DNA from: an uncultured Alphaproteobacteria bacterium
GTDB lineage: Bacteria; Pseudomonadota; Alphaproteobacteria; Methylaequorales; Methylaequoraceae
NCBI GenBank assembly: GCA_902524895.1
Contig: CABZFH010000002.1
Location: 74,505 to 138,504 of the forward strand
Direction of reading: 5' to 3'
DNA: 64,000 bases
This document shows, piece by piece, positions 53,014 through 63,341 of this stretch (position 1 is its first letter; every line of letters begins with the position of its first letter). The notes beneath the pieces are model-generated. The model was given only the letters and a program-made list of their open reading frames with translations, searched no databases and was not told where the DNA came from. The position numbers were made by a program, and so were the translations under genes.

Positions 53014-54289
53014 AAATTTGATTTACTAGAGGGAATTTTCTTTTCATCCAAAACAAAATTAATAGTGCTGGAATACCAAAAACTGTTGAAATTAAAAAGA
53101 AATAAGTCCATCCAACTAAACCAACTAAATAACCGGAAGGTGAAGATAAAATTGTTCTAGCAACACCCATAATTGAACTGAGAAGTGCATATTGAGTAGC
53201 AGTATATTTTTTATTACATAAAACTGAAAGATATGCTACAAAACCCGCCGAACCCAGACCACCTGAAAAGTTCTCGCCAGCAACTGTCAAAATAAGGTAA
53301 ATGAATTCTGGTCCAATAATAGATAAAAAAACAAAAAGTAAATTTGAAATTATTTGTAACATAGAACCAACGATCAATATATTTAAAATCCCATAGGATT
53401 TTATTAAGTAGCCACCAACGAATACTCCAACTAGAGTGGCAACAACACCAAAAAGTTTACTTGCATTAGCAATCTCAATATTTGAAAAGCCAATTTTAAC
53501 GTAAAAAGGATTTGCCATTACCCCCGCAACCACATCGCCTAACTTGAAGAAAAGAATAAATAGTAAAATAATAATTAAATATAATTTTTGTGATCTTAAA
53601 AAAAATTCTTTAATTGGTTTTATAAAAATCAAATAAAACCTATTTTTATCTTTATTACTTTTGTGAAGTTTGTAATTTAATTCTTCTGGAGCAAAGAAAT
53701 TTAAGAACATAAAAATAAAAATTAAGATACCTAAGAATAGAAAAACAGTCTTCCATTCTACAATTTCTCTAAAGTATAGGGCGCCAGCTCCTGAAATAAT
53801 ACCCCCTATCCTATAGCCTGCTTGTGTCATTGCCGCTCCGGCACCTTGCTCAGATTCTTTTAGGATTTCAATTCTGTAAGCATCAATAATAATGTCTTGA
53901 GTTGCAGAAAAAAAAGCAATAACCATTGCCAACAAAGCACAAAAAAATAAATTCTCGTTTGGGTCATTCATTCCTAACAATATAATGGAACAACCCAAAA
54001 GGAATTGAGTCAACACTAACCAAGTTCTTCTATTTCCTAAAAATTTTCCAAAGATTGGAATTGTGAAACTATCAATTAATGGGGCCCAAATAAACTTTAG
54101 ACTCCATGGTAGTTGCGTTAAACTAAAAAGACCTATAGTAGCAATATCAATATTCTCTCTTGTTAACCATATCATTAAAGTTGAAAGAATTAGATACAAA
54201 GGTATACCACTGACGATCCCCATTAAAAATATAAATACTAGTTTCTTTGAGAAATAAAGACTCTTTATTTCGTAAATTTTTTTAAACAT
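53003..54289 (-). CDS. ampG: AmpG muropeptide MFS permease
   Basis: SGIPLYL, LPWSLKFIWAPLID, SATQDIIIDAYRIE, TATQYALLSS. Confidence 0.92.
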   Translation of the reverse strand: MFKKIYEIKSLYFSKKLVFIFLMGIVSGIPLYLILSTLMIWLTRENIDIATIGLFSLTQLPWSLKFIWAPLIDSFTIPIFGKFLGNRRTWLVLTQFLLGCSIILLGMNDPNENLFFCALLAMVIAFFSATQDIIIDAYRIEILKESEQGAGAAMTQAGYRIGGIISGAGALYFREIVEWKTVFLFLGILIFIFMFLNFFAPEELNYKLHKSNKDKNRFYLIFIKPIKEFFLRSQKLYLIIILLFILFFKLGDVVAGVMANPFYVKIGFSNIEIANASKLFGVVATLVGVFVGGYLIKSYGILNILIVGSMLQIISNLLFVFLSIIGPEFIYLILTVAGENFSGGLGSAGFVAYLSVLCNKKYTATQYALLSSIMGVARTILSSPSGYLVGLVGWTYFFLISTVFGIPALLILFWMKRKFPLVNQISKD

Positions 54290-54351
54290 TTTTTATTGAA
54301 ATTTTCTTTTCATTTTTTATAATTATATATAAATTATTGAAATCGTGCGTT

Positions 54352-54726
54352 ATGAATATTTTTTATTTGATATTAATATTTTTTTTAAGTAACAATGTTA
54401 TTGCTGATACCATACCTGATCTTATTGGTGAGTGGTATGGAAAAAACAACACATATTCTGAACTCAAAGGTTTAAAAACGTGGGAAAAAACAATAAATAT
54501 AACACAACAAAACGATAGAAGGTTCAAAGGTAATTTTACTTACTCAGATGGGACGAAAAATTTTTACGGAATTATTCATCCCGACAATATTACTATCACA
54601 TGGGTTGCATCTAATAGCCGAGGTTATAATCTTGGAAAGATTCTTGAAAAAAATAAAATTAGTGCATGTTATGTTGAATCTGGAATTGATGCAACTGTAG
54701 GTTGTTCAGAACTGACTAGAAAATGA
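54352..54726 (+). CDS. Hypothetical exported protein
   Basis: Signal peptide, PDLIGEWYG, beta-rich body, LEKNKISACY. Confidence 0.65.
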   Translation: MNIFYLILIFFLSNNVIADTIPDLIGEWYGKNNTYSELKGLKTWEKTINITQQNDRRFKGNFTYSDGTKNFYGIIHPDNITITWVASNSRGYNLGKILEKNKISACYVESGIDATVGCSELTRK

Positions 54727-55461
54727 TTAAGCCCTTTTTAGGATTTCTTTAAGAGACAAGTTTTTTGATTTTTTCGCTTCTTTTGCTTTTCCCAACCACT
54801 CTATTTTGTTTGATTTTAAAAACAACAGCTGGTCGAAATATTTTAGTGCAGATTTAACATCTGAGGTTATAGCAAAAATTGATACATCTGAATTATTAGA
54901 TAATTCTTTAATGATTTTAAAAATCTTGTTGGTTTTTACAGGATCTAAACCAGCTGTTGGCTCGTCTAGAATTAGATAATTCGGTGCGTCACTAAAAGCT
55001 CTGCTAATTGCAACTCTTTTTTTCATACCTCCTGATAATTCTGAAGGATACATGTGACTTACTGATGAATCTAAACCTACTTTTTCTAGTAATTTGTTTG
55101 ATTGATATATTAATTCTTTTTTTGAAATTCCTAAATTTAACTTTTTAAACATTATATTTTGCCACACAGTTAAACTATCGAATAGAGCATCTTTCTGAAA
55201 CACAACACCAAACTTGTTCAAATGAGGAAAAACTTTTGTACAATTAAATTTATCAATTTTACAACCGTTAATTTTTATTTCACCTTTATATATTGGAACA
55301 AGTCCAATTAAACTTTTTAAAATCGTTGTTTTACCAGACGATCCTTCTCCTATAACGCATACTGAACTGGAGGAATTAAAAGAAAAATTTAATTTATTTA
55401 AAATTATTTTTTGCCCAAACTTTACAGTAAGATTTCTAAATATAACGGTATTTTTTTTCAT
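54727..55461 (-). CDS. Second MlaF-like ABC ATPase, stand-alone
   Basis: GEGSSGKT, FQKDALFDSLTV, LSGGMKKRVAISRA, LDEPTAGLDP. Confidence 0.85.
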   Translation of the reverse strand: MKKNTVIFRNLTVKFGQKIILNKLNFSFNSSSSVCVIGEGSSGKTTILKSLIGLVPIYKGEIKINGCKIDKFNCTKVFPHLNKFGVVFQKDALFDSLTVWQNIMFKKLNLGISKKELIYQSNKLLEKVGLDSSVSHMYPSELSGGMKKRVAISRAFSDAPNYLILDEPTAGLDPVKTNKIFKIIKELSNNSDVSIFAITSDVKSALKYFDQLLFLKSNKIEWLGKAKEAKKSKNLSLKEILKRA

Positions 55462-55497
55462 TATTAAGATAAATAATGTATAATCTTAAATAACATA

Positions 55498-56232
55498 ATG
55501 CTAGAAAAAATAATTAAACCAAATCAACTTTTTAATGACGTTTCTGTTATCCTTGCTGGAGCAGGACCGGGTAATGTTAATTATTTAACAATAAATGTTT
55601 TCTATGCAATTCAGGAAGCAGATGTCATTATATACGATGGTTTGGTTGGTAAAAAAATTATTGAATGGGCTAAAAAAGATTGTAATTTAATTTTAGCAAG
55701 TAAGTCATTACAAAACAAAGCTTGTACCCAAGAGCAAATTATTAATTGGATGATAAAATTTTCTAAAGAGAAAAAAAAGGTTTTAAGACTTAAGGGAGGA
55801 GATCCCTCAATTTTTGGAAGAGGTGCAGAAGAAATTGAAGCACTTCAAATGAATAAAATTCCTTTTAAAATTTTTTCAGGAATTACTGCATCTCAAGGTG
55901 CAATAAATATCTTAAAAAATAATTTTGAAAATTTCAAAGGTAACTTTTGTTTTATTACTGGTCATAAAGCAATAAATTCCTCAACTCCTGAGATGAACTT
56001 TTCTTCGTTGTCAAGATTTAATGGTAAAATTATTATTTATATGGGACTTTCGCAACTGAGCTATATAGCAAAAAATCTTATAAAATTTGGCAAACAGAAG
56101 GAAGAAATGGTTCAAATAGTAAAAGATATTTCTTTAAGCACCCAAAAAACTTTAACAACTAATCTAGATCAATGTGTGAAATCTCGAAATAACTTTAATC
56201 TTAAACCTCCCGTAATAATAATTATTAATTGA
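55498..56232 (+). CDS. cobA: Uroporphyrinogen-III C-methyltransferase
   Basis: GAGPG, IIYDGLV, VLRLKGGDPSIFGRGAEE, FITGH, IYMG. Confidence 0.92.
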   Translation: MLEKIIKPNQLFNDVSVILAGAGPGNVNYLTINVFYAIQEADVIIYDGLVGKKIIEWAKKDCNLILASKSLQNKACTQEQIINWMIKFSKEKKKVLRLKGGDPSIFGRGAEEIEALQMNKIPFKIFSGITASQGAINILKNNFENFKGNFCFITGHKAINSSTPEMNFSSLSRFNGKIIIYMGLSQLSYIAKNLIKFGKQKEEMVQIVKDISLSTQKTLTTNLDQCVKSRNNFNLKPPVIIIIN

Positions 56233-56254
56233 ATAATTGTCTAATTACATTATA

Positions 56255-56420
56255 CTCATTATTATATTGGTGCTCTTTAAAAAGAGTTAAAAGGGAAACT
56301 AGTGAAAATCTAGTACAGCCCCCGCTACTGTGTTTTGGAGACTTACATAAAACGTCACTGAAGAAATTTGGGAAGACATGTAATGTTTTTGATAATGAGT
56401 CAGGAAACCTGCCAATTGAA
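56255..56420 (+). ncRNA. Cobalamin (B12) riboswitch aptamer
   Basis: GGTGC...AAAGGGAA.CTAGTGAAAATCTAG.ACAGCCCCCGCTACTGT...CACTG...GGGAAG...GAGTCAGGAAACCTGCC, directly upstream of cobW. Confidence 0.95.
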
Positions 56421-56460
56421 CGTCATTCAATCAGACTACGGGAAGGTCTTCTGATGTGGA

Positions 56461-56518
56461 TACTCCATAGTAATGACGAGTTAATTTGGAGTTTTTTTAA
56501 CTCCTAAACTTGGAGTTA
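56461..56518 (+). promoter_or_regulatory. Riboswitch expression platform, SD-sequestering alternative hairpins
   Basis: TAACTCC (56498-56504) can pair with the SD GGAGTTA (56512-56518) or with GGAGTT (56488-56493); ACTCCA (56462-56467) can pair with TGGAGT (56487-56492). Confidence 0.65.
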
Positions 56519-56522
56519 TAAT

Positions 56523-57563
56523 ATGGAAAATATAACAAAAATTCCTGTCACCATCGTTACTGGATTTTTGGGTACAGGTAAAACAACATTAATCAAAAAC
56601 ATTATACAGAACAATTCAGAAAAAAAAATTGCTATTATTGTAAATGAATTTGGTGATATTGGAGTAGATGGAGAAATACTAAAATCTTGTTCGATACCTA
56701 ATTGTCCAGCAGAAAATATAATAGAATTATCTAATGGTTGCATATGTTGTACAGTAGCAGATGATTTTATTCCAACTGTTAGCGCTTTAGTTGATATGAA
56801 CCCTCAGCCTTGTCATATAATTATAGAAACATCAGGGTTAGCACTTCCAAAACCATTACTTAAAGCCTTCAATTGGCCAGAGATTTCATCTAAAATTACA
56901 GTTGACAGTGTTCTCACATTGTCTGATGCGGAGGCTGTGAGTTCAATGAGATTTGCACCGTCACCTGAAGCTATAGAGTTACAAAGATTAGAAGATAATA
57001 GCCTTGATCATGAAACACCTTTGTCTGAAGTATTTGAGGATCAAGTGAATTGTGCTGATATAATACTTTTAACAAAATCTGACCTTGTTGACGAAATAGA
57101 ATTGAAAAAGGCCAAAGATTATATACTTAAAATTTCTCATAGAAATGTGCCTATTATACCAAATACAAATGGGGATATCGATTCTTCACTTATCTTAGAT
57201 TTAGAAATGCAATCTGAAAAGGATATGTCCTCAAGAAAATCTCATCATGACAGATTACATAATGAACATAATCACAATGATTTCAAAAATTTTGTTCTTG
57301 TTTTAGATCAAATAGATGATTTAGAAGTCTTCACTAATAAGTTAAAGAAATTACTTGATAAAAATCAAATTTTACGAACTAAGGGATATCTAGCGGTTAA
57401 AAACAAGCCTATGAGACTTTTAGTACAAGCGGTCGGTTCTAGGTTGAGAACACAGTATGACAAAATGTGGGAAAGAAACGACACTAGAGAAAGTAAGTTG
57501 GTTTTCATAATGGAAAAAAACTCATTAAATAATCAGGAAATTAAAAATTTATTTAAAAATTAA
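56523..57563 (+). CDS. cobW: Cobalamin biosynthesis GTPase CobW
   Basis: TGFLGTGKTT, NEFGDIG, GCICCTVADDF, IETSGLA, His-rich linker. Confidence 0.95.
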   Translation: MENITKIPVTIVTGFLGTGKTTLIKNIIQNNSEKKIAIIVNEFGDIGVDGEILKSCSIPNCPAENIIELSNGCICCTVADDFIPTVSALVDMNPQPCHIIIETSGLALPKPLLKAFNWPEISSKITVDSVLTLSDAEAVSSMRFAPSPEAIELQRLEDNSLDHETPLSEVFEDQVNCADIILLTKSDLVDEIELKKAKDYILKISHRNVPIIPNTNGDIDSSLILDLEMQSEKDMSSRKSHHDRLHNEHNHNDFKNFVLVLDQIDDLEVFTNKLKKLLDKNQILRTKGYLAVKNKPMRLLVQAVGSRLRTQYDKMWERNDTRESKLVFIMEKNSLNNQEIKNLFKN

Positions 57564-57565
57564 TA

Positions 57566-60500
57566 ATGCATATAGTTTATCGTGAAAAAAGAAACATAGA
57601 AGAATCTGCAATACCAACTGACCTTAATCAGTCTCCGGCAGACATAATTGTTCTCTCATTTTCTGACAGTGATCTTACGGCTTTCTCTGATGGATGGGAG
57701 AGAGCAAACAAGTATTCTAAGGGAAAATTTCCTAACTTACGGCTAGCCAATCTTCAAGATTTAAAACATCCTTTATCCGTGGATACATATATTGAAAAAA
57801 CCCTTTCAAGAGCAAAAGCAGTTATAATAAGAGTAATTGGAGGGGTGCCTTATTGGGAGTATGGTTTAAATCAGGTAAAAAAAATTTCAAAAGAAAAAAA
57901 TATTGCTCTTGCTGTTTTACCTGCTGACGGAAGGGAAGATAAAAAACTCGCAAGTTATTCTAATATTCCAGAGTCAACATTAAAAATATTAAATGATTTT
58001 TGTAATACTGGAGGTTCAATTGCAACCCATGCTGCATTGGCTCAAATTTCACTTACTGCGGGAATTTATTCTTCAAAAGTTGTTGGAGAAAAGTTTATGC
58101 CTATTTTTGGTTACTGGTCTCCTAAAAAAGGAATTTATTCAAAAATTGATCCTAAGGATTTTAAAGGAAATTCATTTGTGTTAATAACATTTTATAGATC
58201 GTTTATTACTGCATCTGACCTAAATCCAATTAAAGTATTAATTAATACTCTTGAAAAAAATAATTTACCCGTTGTTGCTATATTTATTCCTTCTTTAAAA
58301 GAACCCAAAAGCTCTAAATGGATACAAAAGGAAATTAAAAATATCAGACCTCTTGCAATCATAAACGCAACTTCTTTCTCAAGTAAAATTAAAGATGGTT
58401 CATCTCCACTTGATTTTGAAGATGTTCCTGTTTTTCAAGTCTCACTTTCAACTAATAAGAGGAAATCATGGATTAAAGAAAATAGAGGGCTGTCTCCGAC
58501 AGATATGATTATGCATGTAGCACTTCCTGAAATAGATGGAAGACTTTTTGCAGGGGTAGCCTCATTTAAAGAAAAATTAAAAAAAAATAATAAATTAGAA
58601 TTCTTCCCTATCAAACATATCGCTAATAAAGAAAGAATTGAAGCAATCGTAAAAAAAGTTAATGGTTGGATAAAATTAAAAAAAATTAGTAATTCCAAAA
58701 AGAAAATAGCCTTCATTGTTTCTACATATCCAGGAAAACCATGGTTAATAGGTCATGCGGTAGGGTTAGACGTATTTAAATCAGTTGAATCTATAATGCA
58801 AGATATTGGTATTTTAGATAAAAAAGAAAAAATAAATTTTATAAAAGAAATTGAATCAAATAAAATATACATTCCAATTGACGATTACAAAAACTTTTTA
58901 TCTACCATAAACAAAAAATTAGTTAAAAGTATTAATAAGGTTTGGGGTTCGCCAGAAAAAGACAAAGATTTTATTGATGGTAAGTTCCTGCTAAAAGCAT
59001 TTTATTATAAAAATTGTTTAATAGCTCTCCAGCCTGAGCGCGGGGATATAATAGATAGAGAACATCAATATCATGACCTAGATTCAGTTCCAAAACATAG
59101 TTATGTAGCATTCTATTTTTGGATTAAACATAAATTTAAAACTGATGTCATTATTCATGTTGGCGCTCATGGCACTTTAGAATGGCTACCTGGAAAAACT
59201 GTTGGTTTATCAAAGACTTGTTGGCCAGAGATATTGACTGACAATACTCCAGTAATTTACCCCTTTATTATAAATGATCCTGGTGAGTCGTCTCAAGCAA
59301 AACGAAGAATAAATGCCCTAACAATTGGTCATATTCCACCAAGATTGAAAAGAGCCGGAAAGATTAAAAAACTTTCATATTTGGAGACTCTTTTAGATGA
59401 ATTTTCAAATGCTGATGGATTAGACCCTGATAGGAGAGAAAGGTTAAAAATAAAAATTAGAGAAGAATCCAAAAAATTAGGTTTAGATAATGACCTTAGT
59501 ATTAGAGAAAAAGATAATAATGACCTTACATTAACAAAAATTGATAAATTTGTTTGTGACATCAAAGATAGTCAATTCGGGAGTGGGTTACATATCTTTG
59601 GAAGAATTTCGGATAAAAAATATTCATTTGATATAAAAAAATCGATAAAAAAAGAGAAAGAAAATATTATTAAAAGTATTAGTGGATGCAGAATTGAACC
59701 CGGACCATCTGGTTCACCATTTAAGGGAAGATTAGATGTTCTACCCTCCGGTAGAAATTTATATTCTAACGATCCTTCGTCTATACCATCTAAAGCAGCA
59801 TATGAACAAGGTTCTAAATTAGCCTCAGAATTTCTCAAGCGACATCTTCAAGATAAAGGTGATCATGCAAGAACATTGTTAATTGATCTTTGGGGATCAG
59901 CAACAATGCGAACCGCTGGAGAAGAATTTTCAATGGCATTATGTCTAATGGGGGTATCACCTACATGGGTTGATAATTCAGATAAAGTTTCTGGAATTGA
60001 GGTAATAACAATACCTGAATTAAATAGGCCTAGAGTTGATGTAACACTTCGTATATCTGGACTATTCAGGGATATTTTTCCCTCTTTGACTCAACTTTAT
60101 GATCAAGTGATAAATGTTTTATCTGAAAGATATGAATATCCGGAAGACAACCCTTTTGTGAATAACACAGATATAGCTCGTATTTATGGACCAAAGTCAG
60201 GTAATTATGGTCTAAGAATGAGTTCAAATATTAAAGAGTATACAGAAGATAACCGTGAAAATTATGGAGAAGATTGGATAGAGTCTAGTGCATGGTCAAT
60301 TGTTGGAAATAAAAGTACATACAATAGAAAAGGAATTGAAAATAGAATAAAAGAAATCGAATCTTACGTTCATGTTCAAGATTTAAAGGAAACTGATATA
60401 TTACTATCATCAGACTATGCTAAACATCAAGGGGGGTTTATTGCAGCTAAAAATAAAATTGGCGGAAATTTAGATGCTTACAATATGGATAATACAGAGA

Positions 60501-60865
60501 ATAATAAATCAAGAATTAGATCTTTAAAAGAAGAATTAGCTCGAGTAATTTACGCACGAGCAAGTAATACTAGATGGATTAAAAGTATGTTTAAGCATAG
60601 GCACAGAGGGGCATCTGAAATAGCCAATACATTCGAAAATATTTGTATGTATGCACATTTAACTGATAATATATCGGACCAACTTTTAGATTTATTCTTT
60701 GAGGCTACTTTTGGTGACCAAGAAGTATTATCTTTTATAAAGCAAAATAATTTAGAAGCATATGAGTCTATGAAATCAAATTTTAAAAAAATACATGAAT
60801 CTGGCATTTGGGTATCTAAAAGAAACTCAGTAATTGAAAAGTTGTACGGCTCAAGTGAAAACTAA
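57566..60865 (+). CDS. cobN: Cobaltochelatase large subunit
   Basis: LSFSDSDL, HVGAHGTLEWLPGK, DPGESSQAKRR, LPSGRNLY, DLWGSATMRT, RISGLFRD. Confidence 0.95.
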   Translation: MHIVYREKRNIEESAIPTDLNQSPADIIVLSFSDSDLTAFSDGWERANKYSKGKFPNLRLANLQDLKHPLSVDTYIEKTLSRAKAVIIRVIGGVPYWEYGLNQVKKISKEKNIALAVLPADGREDKKLASYSNIPESTLKILNDFCNTGGSIATHAALAQISLTAGIYSSKVVGEKFMPIFGYWSPKKGIYSKIDPKDFKGNSFVLITFYRSFITASDLNPIKVLINTLEKNNLPVVAIFIPSLKEPKSSKWIQKEIKNIRPLAIINATSFSSKIKDGSSPLDFEDVPVFQVSLSTNKRKSWIKENRGLSPTDMIMHVALPEIDGRLFAGVASFKEKLKKNNKLEFFPIKHIANKERIEAIVKKVNGWIKLKKISNSKKKIAFIVSTYPGKPWLIGHAVGLDVFKSVESIMQDIGILDKKEKINFIKEIESNKIYIPIDDYKNFLSTINKKLVKSINKVWGSPEKDKDFIDGKFLLKAFYYKNCLIALQPERGDIIDREHQYHDLDSVPKHSYVAFYFWIKHKFKTDVIIHVGAHGTLEWLPGKTVGLSKTCWPEILTDNTPVIYPFIINDPGESSQAKRRINALTIGHIPPRLKRAGKIKKLSYLETLLDEFSNADGLDPDRRERLKIKIREESKKLGLDNDLSIREKDNNDLTLTKIDKFVCDIKDSQFGSGLHIFGRISDKKYSFDIKKSIKKEKENIIKSISGCRIEPGPSGSPFKGRLDVLPSGRNLYSNDPSSIPSKAAYEQGSKLASEFLKRHLQDKGDHARTLLIDLWGSATMRTAGEEFSMALCLMGVSPTWVDNSDKVSGIEVITIPELNRPRVDVTLRISGLFRDIFPSLTQLYDQVINVLSERYEYPEDNPFVNNTDIARIYGPKSGNYGLRMSSNIKEYTEDNRENYGEDWIESSAWSIVGNKSTYNRKGIENRIKEIESYVHVQDLKETDILLSSDYAKHQGGFIAAKNKIGGNLDAYNMDNTENNKSRIRSLKEELARVIYARASNTRWIKSMFKHRHRGASEIANTFENICMYAHLTDNISDQLLDLFFEATFGDQEVLSFIKQNNLEAYESMKSNFKKIHESGIWVSKRNSVIEKLYGSSEN

Positions 60866-61982
60866 ACTTATAAAAGGGTTTTGTCCATCTCTAAACGAAC
60901 CAATAAAAGCTGAGGATGGTTTACTATTTAGACTGAGACCTTATATGGATTATCTTCATTGTGATAAGTTAGTCAGTCTTTGTAATTTGTCAATGAAGTA
61001 TGGCAATGGTATAATAGAATTAACTAACAGAGGCTCCATTCAAATAAGAGGTATTAAAAAAGATAATCATAAGGTTTTTTTAAGTAAAATATTTAAAAAT
61101 AAAATCGTTAAAAAAGAAACTTTTAGTAACAATACTAATATAATCATCAATCCACTTTGGGAATTCGGAGATCAGAATTTTGAAGTTTATGAAAAACTTG
61201 TAAAATTACAGAAGAAACTCCCAAACTTACCGGATAAATTTGGTTTTATTATTGATCTTGGAAATAAATTATCTTTAAAAAATATAAGTGCAGATATAAG
61301 AGTCGAAAGTGCACCCAATAAAAAAATTTTAATCAGGGCTGATGGGGCAACAAAGGGAAAAATAGTAGAAAAAAAAAATATTGGAAGTTTTATACTAAAA
61401 CTAACTAACTGGTTTATTGATAACAGGGATAAAAATATTAATAGAATGTCAGAACTTCTATTTAAAAAAAAAATTCCTCACAAATGGACAATAGATAAGC
61501 CAATATATTCATATAATAAATTCTTCCCAAAAAATACAAAAATTGGACAAATCCTTGGTATAAAACTTGGAAGGGTTGATGCTAATATTCTTAAAAAATT
61601 AATTCTCAAGTCTAGGTCACCTTTAATAAGATTTACACCCTTTAAAATGATTCTTATGGAAGGAGTAATTAATATTAAAGATAAAAACTTCATCTATAAA
61701 ATTGATGAACCTCTTCTGAATATCAGTGCATGCTCGGGTAAAAGTTTTTGCTCATCTGCAAGTATTGATTCTCACATGTTAGCTAAGAGTATTAAAAATC
61801 CACTTAAAAAAAAAATTCACGTTGCTGCTTGTAAAAAAAATTGTGGTATCAACAAAAACACTCAAATTATCTTGTCGGGTGATAATGGTTTTGTAAACAT
61901 TTATGATAATTTAAAAAAAGAAATGATCTTAAAAAAATTATCGCCTGACAAAATTTTAAAAAAAAATTTCAGAGATATATAA
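60855..61982 (+). CDS. cobG: CobG-like precorrin-3B synthase
   Basis: GFCP...EDGLLFRLRP, ELTNRGSIQIRG, ACSG...C and HVAACKKNC Fe-S ligands; lies between cobN and cobH. Confidence 0.8.
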   Translation: MKTKLIKGFCPSLNEPIKAEDGLLFRLRPYMDYLHCDKLVSLCNLSMKYGNGIIELTNRGSIQIRGIKKDNHKVFLSKIFKNKIVKKETFSNNTNIIINPLWEFGDQNFEVYEKLVKLQKKLPNLPDKFGFIIDLGNKLSLKNISADIRVESAPNKKILIRADGATKGKIVEKKNIGSFILKLTNWFIDNRDKNINRMSELLFKKKIPHKWTIDKPIYSYNKFFPKNTKIGQILGIKLGRVDANILKKLILKSRSPLIRFTPFKMILMEGVINIKDKNFIYKIDEPLLNISACSGKSFCSSASIDSHMLAKSIKNPLKKKIHVAACKKNCGINKNTQIILSGDNGFVNIYDNLKKEMILKKLSPDKILKKNFRDI

Positions 61983-61986
61983 AATT

Positions 61987-62616
61987 ATGAATTATAAGTA
62001 TGAAAAAAAAGGAAGTGAAATTTATAAAAAATCTTTTTCAATAATTAGATCTGAAACTAATCTTGATTCATTTTCAAAAGAAGAAGAAAAAATTGTTGTG
62101 AGAATGATTCATTCTTCTGGATTAACATCTATAAATAATAAAGTAAAGTTTTCAAAAAGTTTTGCTAAAGTGGCAAAAGAAGCCGTAATCAACGGAGGAA
62201 ATATAATCTGTGATACAAACATGGTTAAATACGGTATAACGCAAAATAGATTACCATCAAAAAATAAAATTATATGTACTCTCAATAATCAAAGGGTACC
62301 TGACATTTCTAAAAGAATTCAAAATACCCGAACTGCTGCTGCTGTAGAATTATGGGAGCCATATCTTAAAGGTTCATTAGTCGCTATAGGTAATGCACCA
62401 ACATGCTTATTTTATTTTCTTGAAATGCTAGAGAGAAAAAAACTTCCTCTACCAAGCGCCATTATTGCATTTCCTGTTGGTTTTGTAGGAGCATTAGAAA
62501 GTAAAGAGATATTATTCAATAAACAGCCATGTGAATGCTGTATTATTGATGGAAGGTTAGGTGGAAGTGCCATGACTGTGGCTGCTATTAATGCTATAGC
62601 TTCAGATAAAGAATGA
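61987..62616 (+). CDS. cobH: Precorrin-8X methylmutase
   Basis: IYKKSFSII, RMIHS, AIGNAPT, PVGFVGALESK, GRLGGSAMTVAAIN. Confidence 0.96.
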   Translation: MNYKYEKKGSEIYKKSFSIIRSETNLDSFSKEEEKIVVRMIHSSGLTSINNKVKFSKSFAKVAKEAVINGGNIICDTNMVKYGITQNRLPSKNKIICTLNNQRVPDISKRIQNTRTAAAVELWEPYLKGSLVAIGNAPTCLFYFLEMLERKKLPLPSAIIAFPVGFVGALESKEILFNKQPCECCIIDGRLGGSAMTVAAINAIASDKE

Positions 62617-63341
62617 AAAAAGGAAAAATATATGGAGTTGGTTTAGGTCCTGGAGATTCAGAACTCATAACTGTTAAAGCTGAAAAAATAATTCGAAAAT
62701 CGGAATATTTCTTTTTTTTTAAAAAAAAAGGAAATAAAGGTAGAGCTTTTGAAATTGTAGAGAATATTATTAGAAAAGACGCAATAAAGGTTTCATTAGA
62801 GTATCCTGTAACCACTGAAGTACATTTTTCTAGCAAAGAATATAAAGTATTGCTTAATGAGTTTTACGGAAAATGTGTTAAAAAGATACAAATTATATTA
62901 AATAAAAATATAGATATTTGTATTCTTTGTGAGGGCGACCCACTGTTTTATGGTTCATTTATTCATTTGTATGAAAAATTAAGAAATAATTTTGAAATTG
63001 ATATAGTTCCAGGAATAACAGGAATGTCAGGTGCTTGGACAGCTACAAAAATTCCAATGATTTGGGGAAAGCAAATTTTAACAGTACTGATGGGTACACT
63101 AGATGAAGAAACATTAAGAAAACATATCAAAATTACTGACGGTTTAGTTATTATGAAAATAGGAAAGAACTTTAAAAAAATTTGTAAAATACTAAAAGAT
63201 GAAGGAGCTTTCAATAATGCGTATTTGATCTCCAATGCAACAACTTCACTAGAAAAAGTTACAAAATTAAACGAAAATGTTCATAGTTCAGTGCCATATT
63301 TTTCAATCATTTTAATTAATAAATTCATGGAAAAAATGTGA
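62613..63341 (+). CDS. cobI: Precorrin-2 C20-methyltransferase
   Basis: YGVGLGPGDSELIT, EGDPLFYGS, VPGITG, IMKIG, PYFS. Confidence 0.94.
   Translation: MKKGKIYGVGLGPGDSELITVKAEKIIRKSEYFFFFKKKGNKGRAFEIVENIIRKDAIKVSLEYPVTTEVHFSSKEYKVLLNEFYGKCVKKIQIILNKNIDICILCEGDPLFYGSFIHLYEKLRNNFEIDIVPGITGMSGAWTATKIPMIWGKQILTVLMGTLDEETLRKHIKITDGLVIMKIGKNFKKICKILKDEGAFNNAYLISNATTSLEKVTKLNENVHSSVPYFSIILINKFMEKM

Noticed and set aside
56229-56507. 92-aa ORF in the track between cobA and cobW
   Set aside because: It coincides with the cobalamin riboswitch; the conserved features are RNA motifs and the protein resembles no family.
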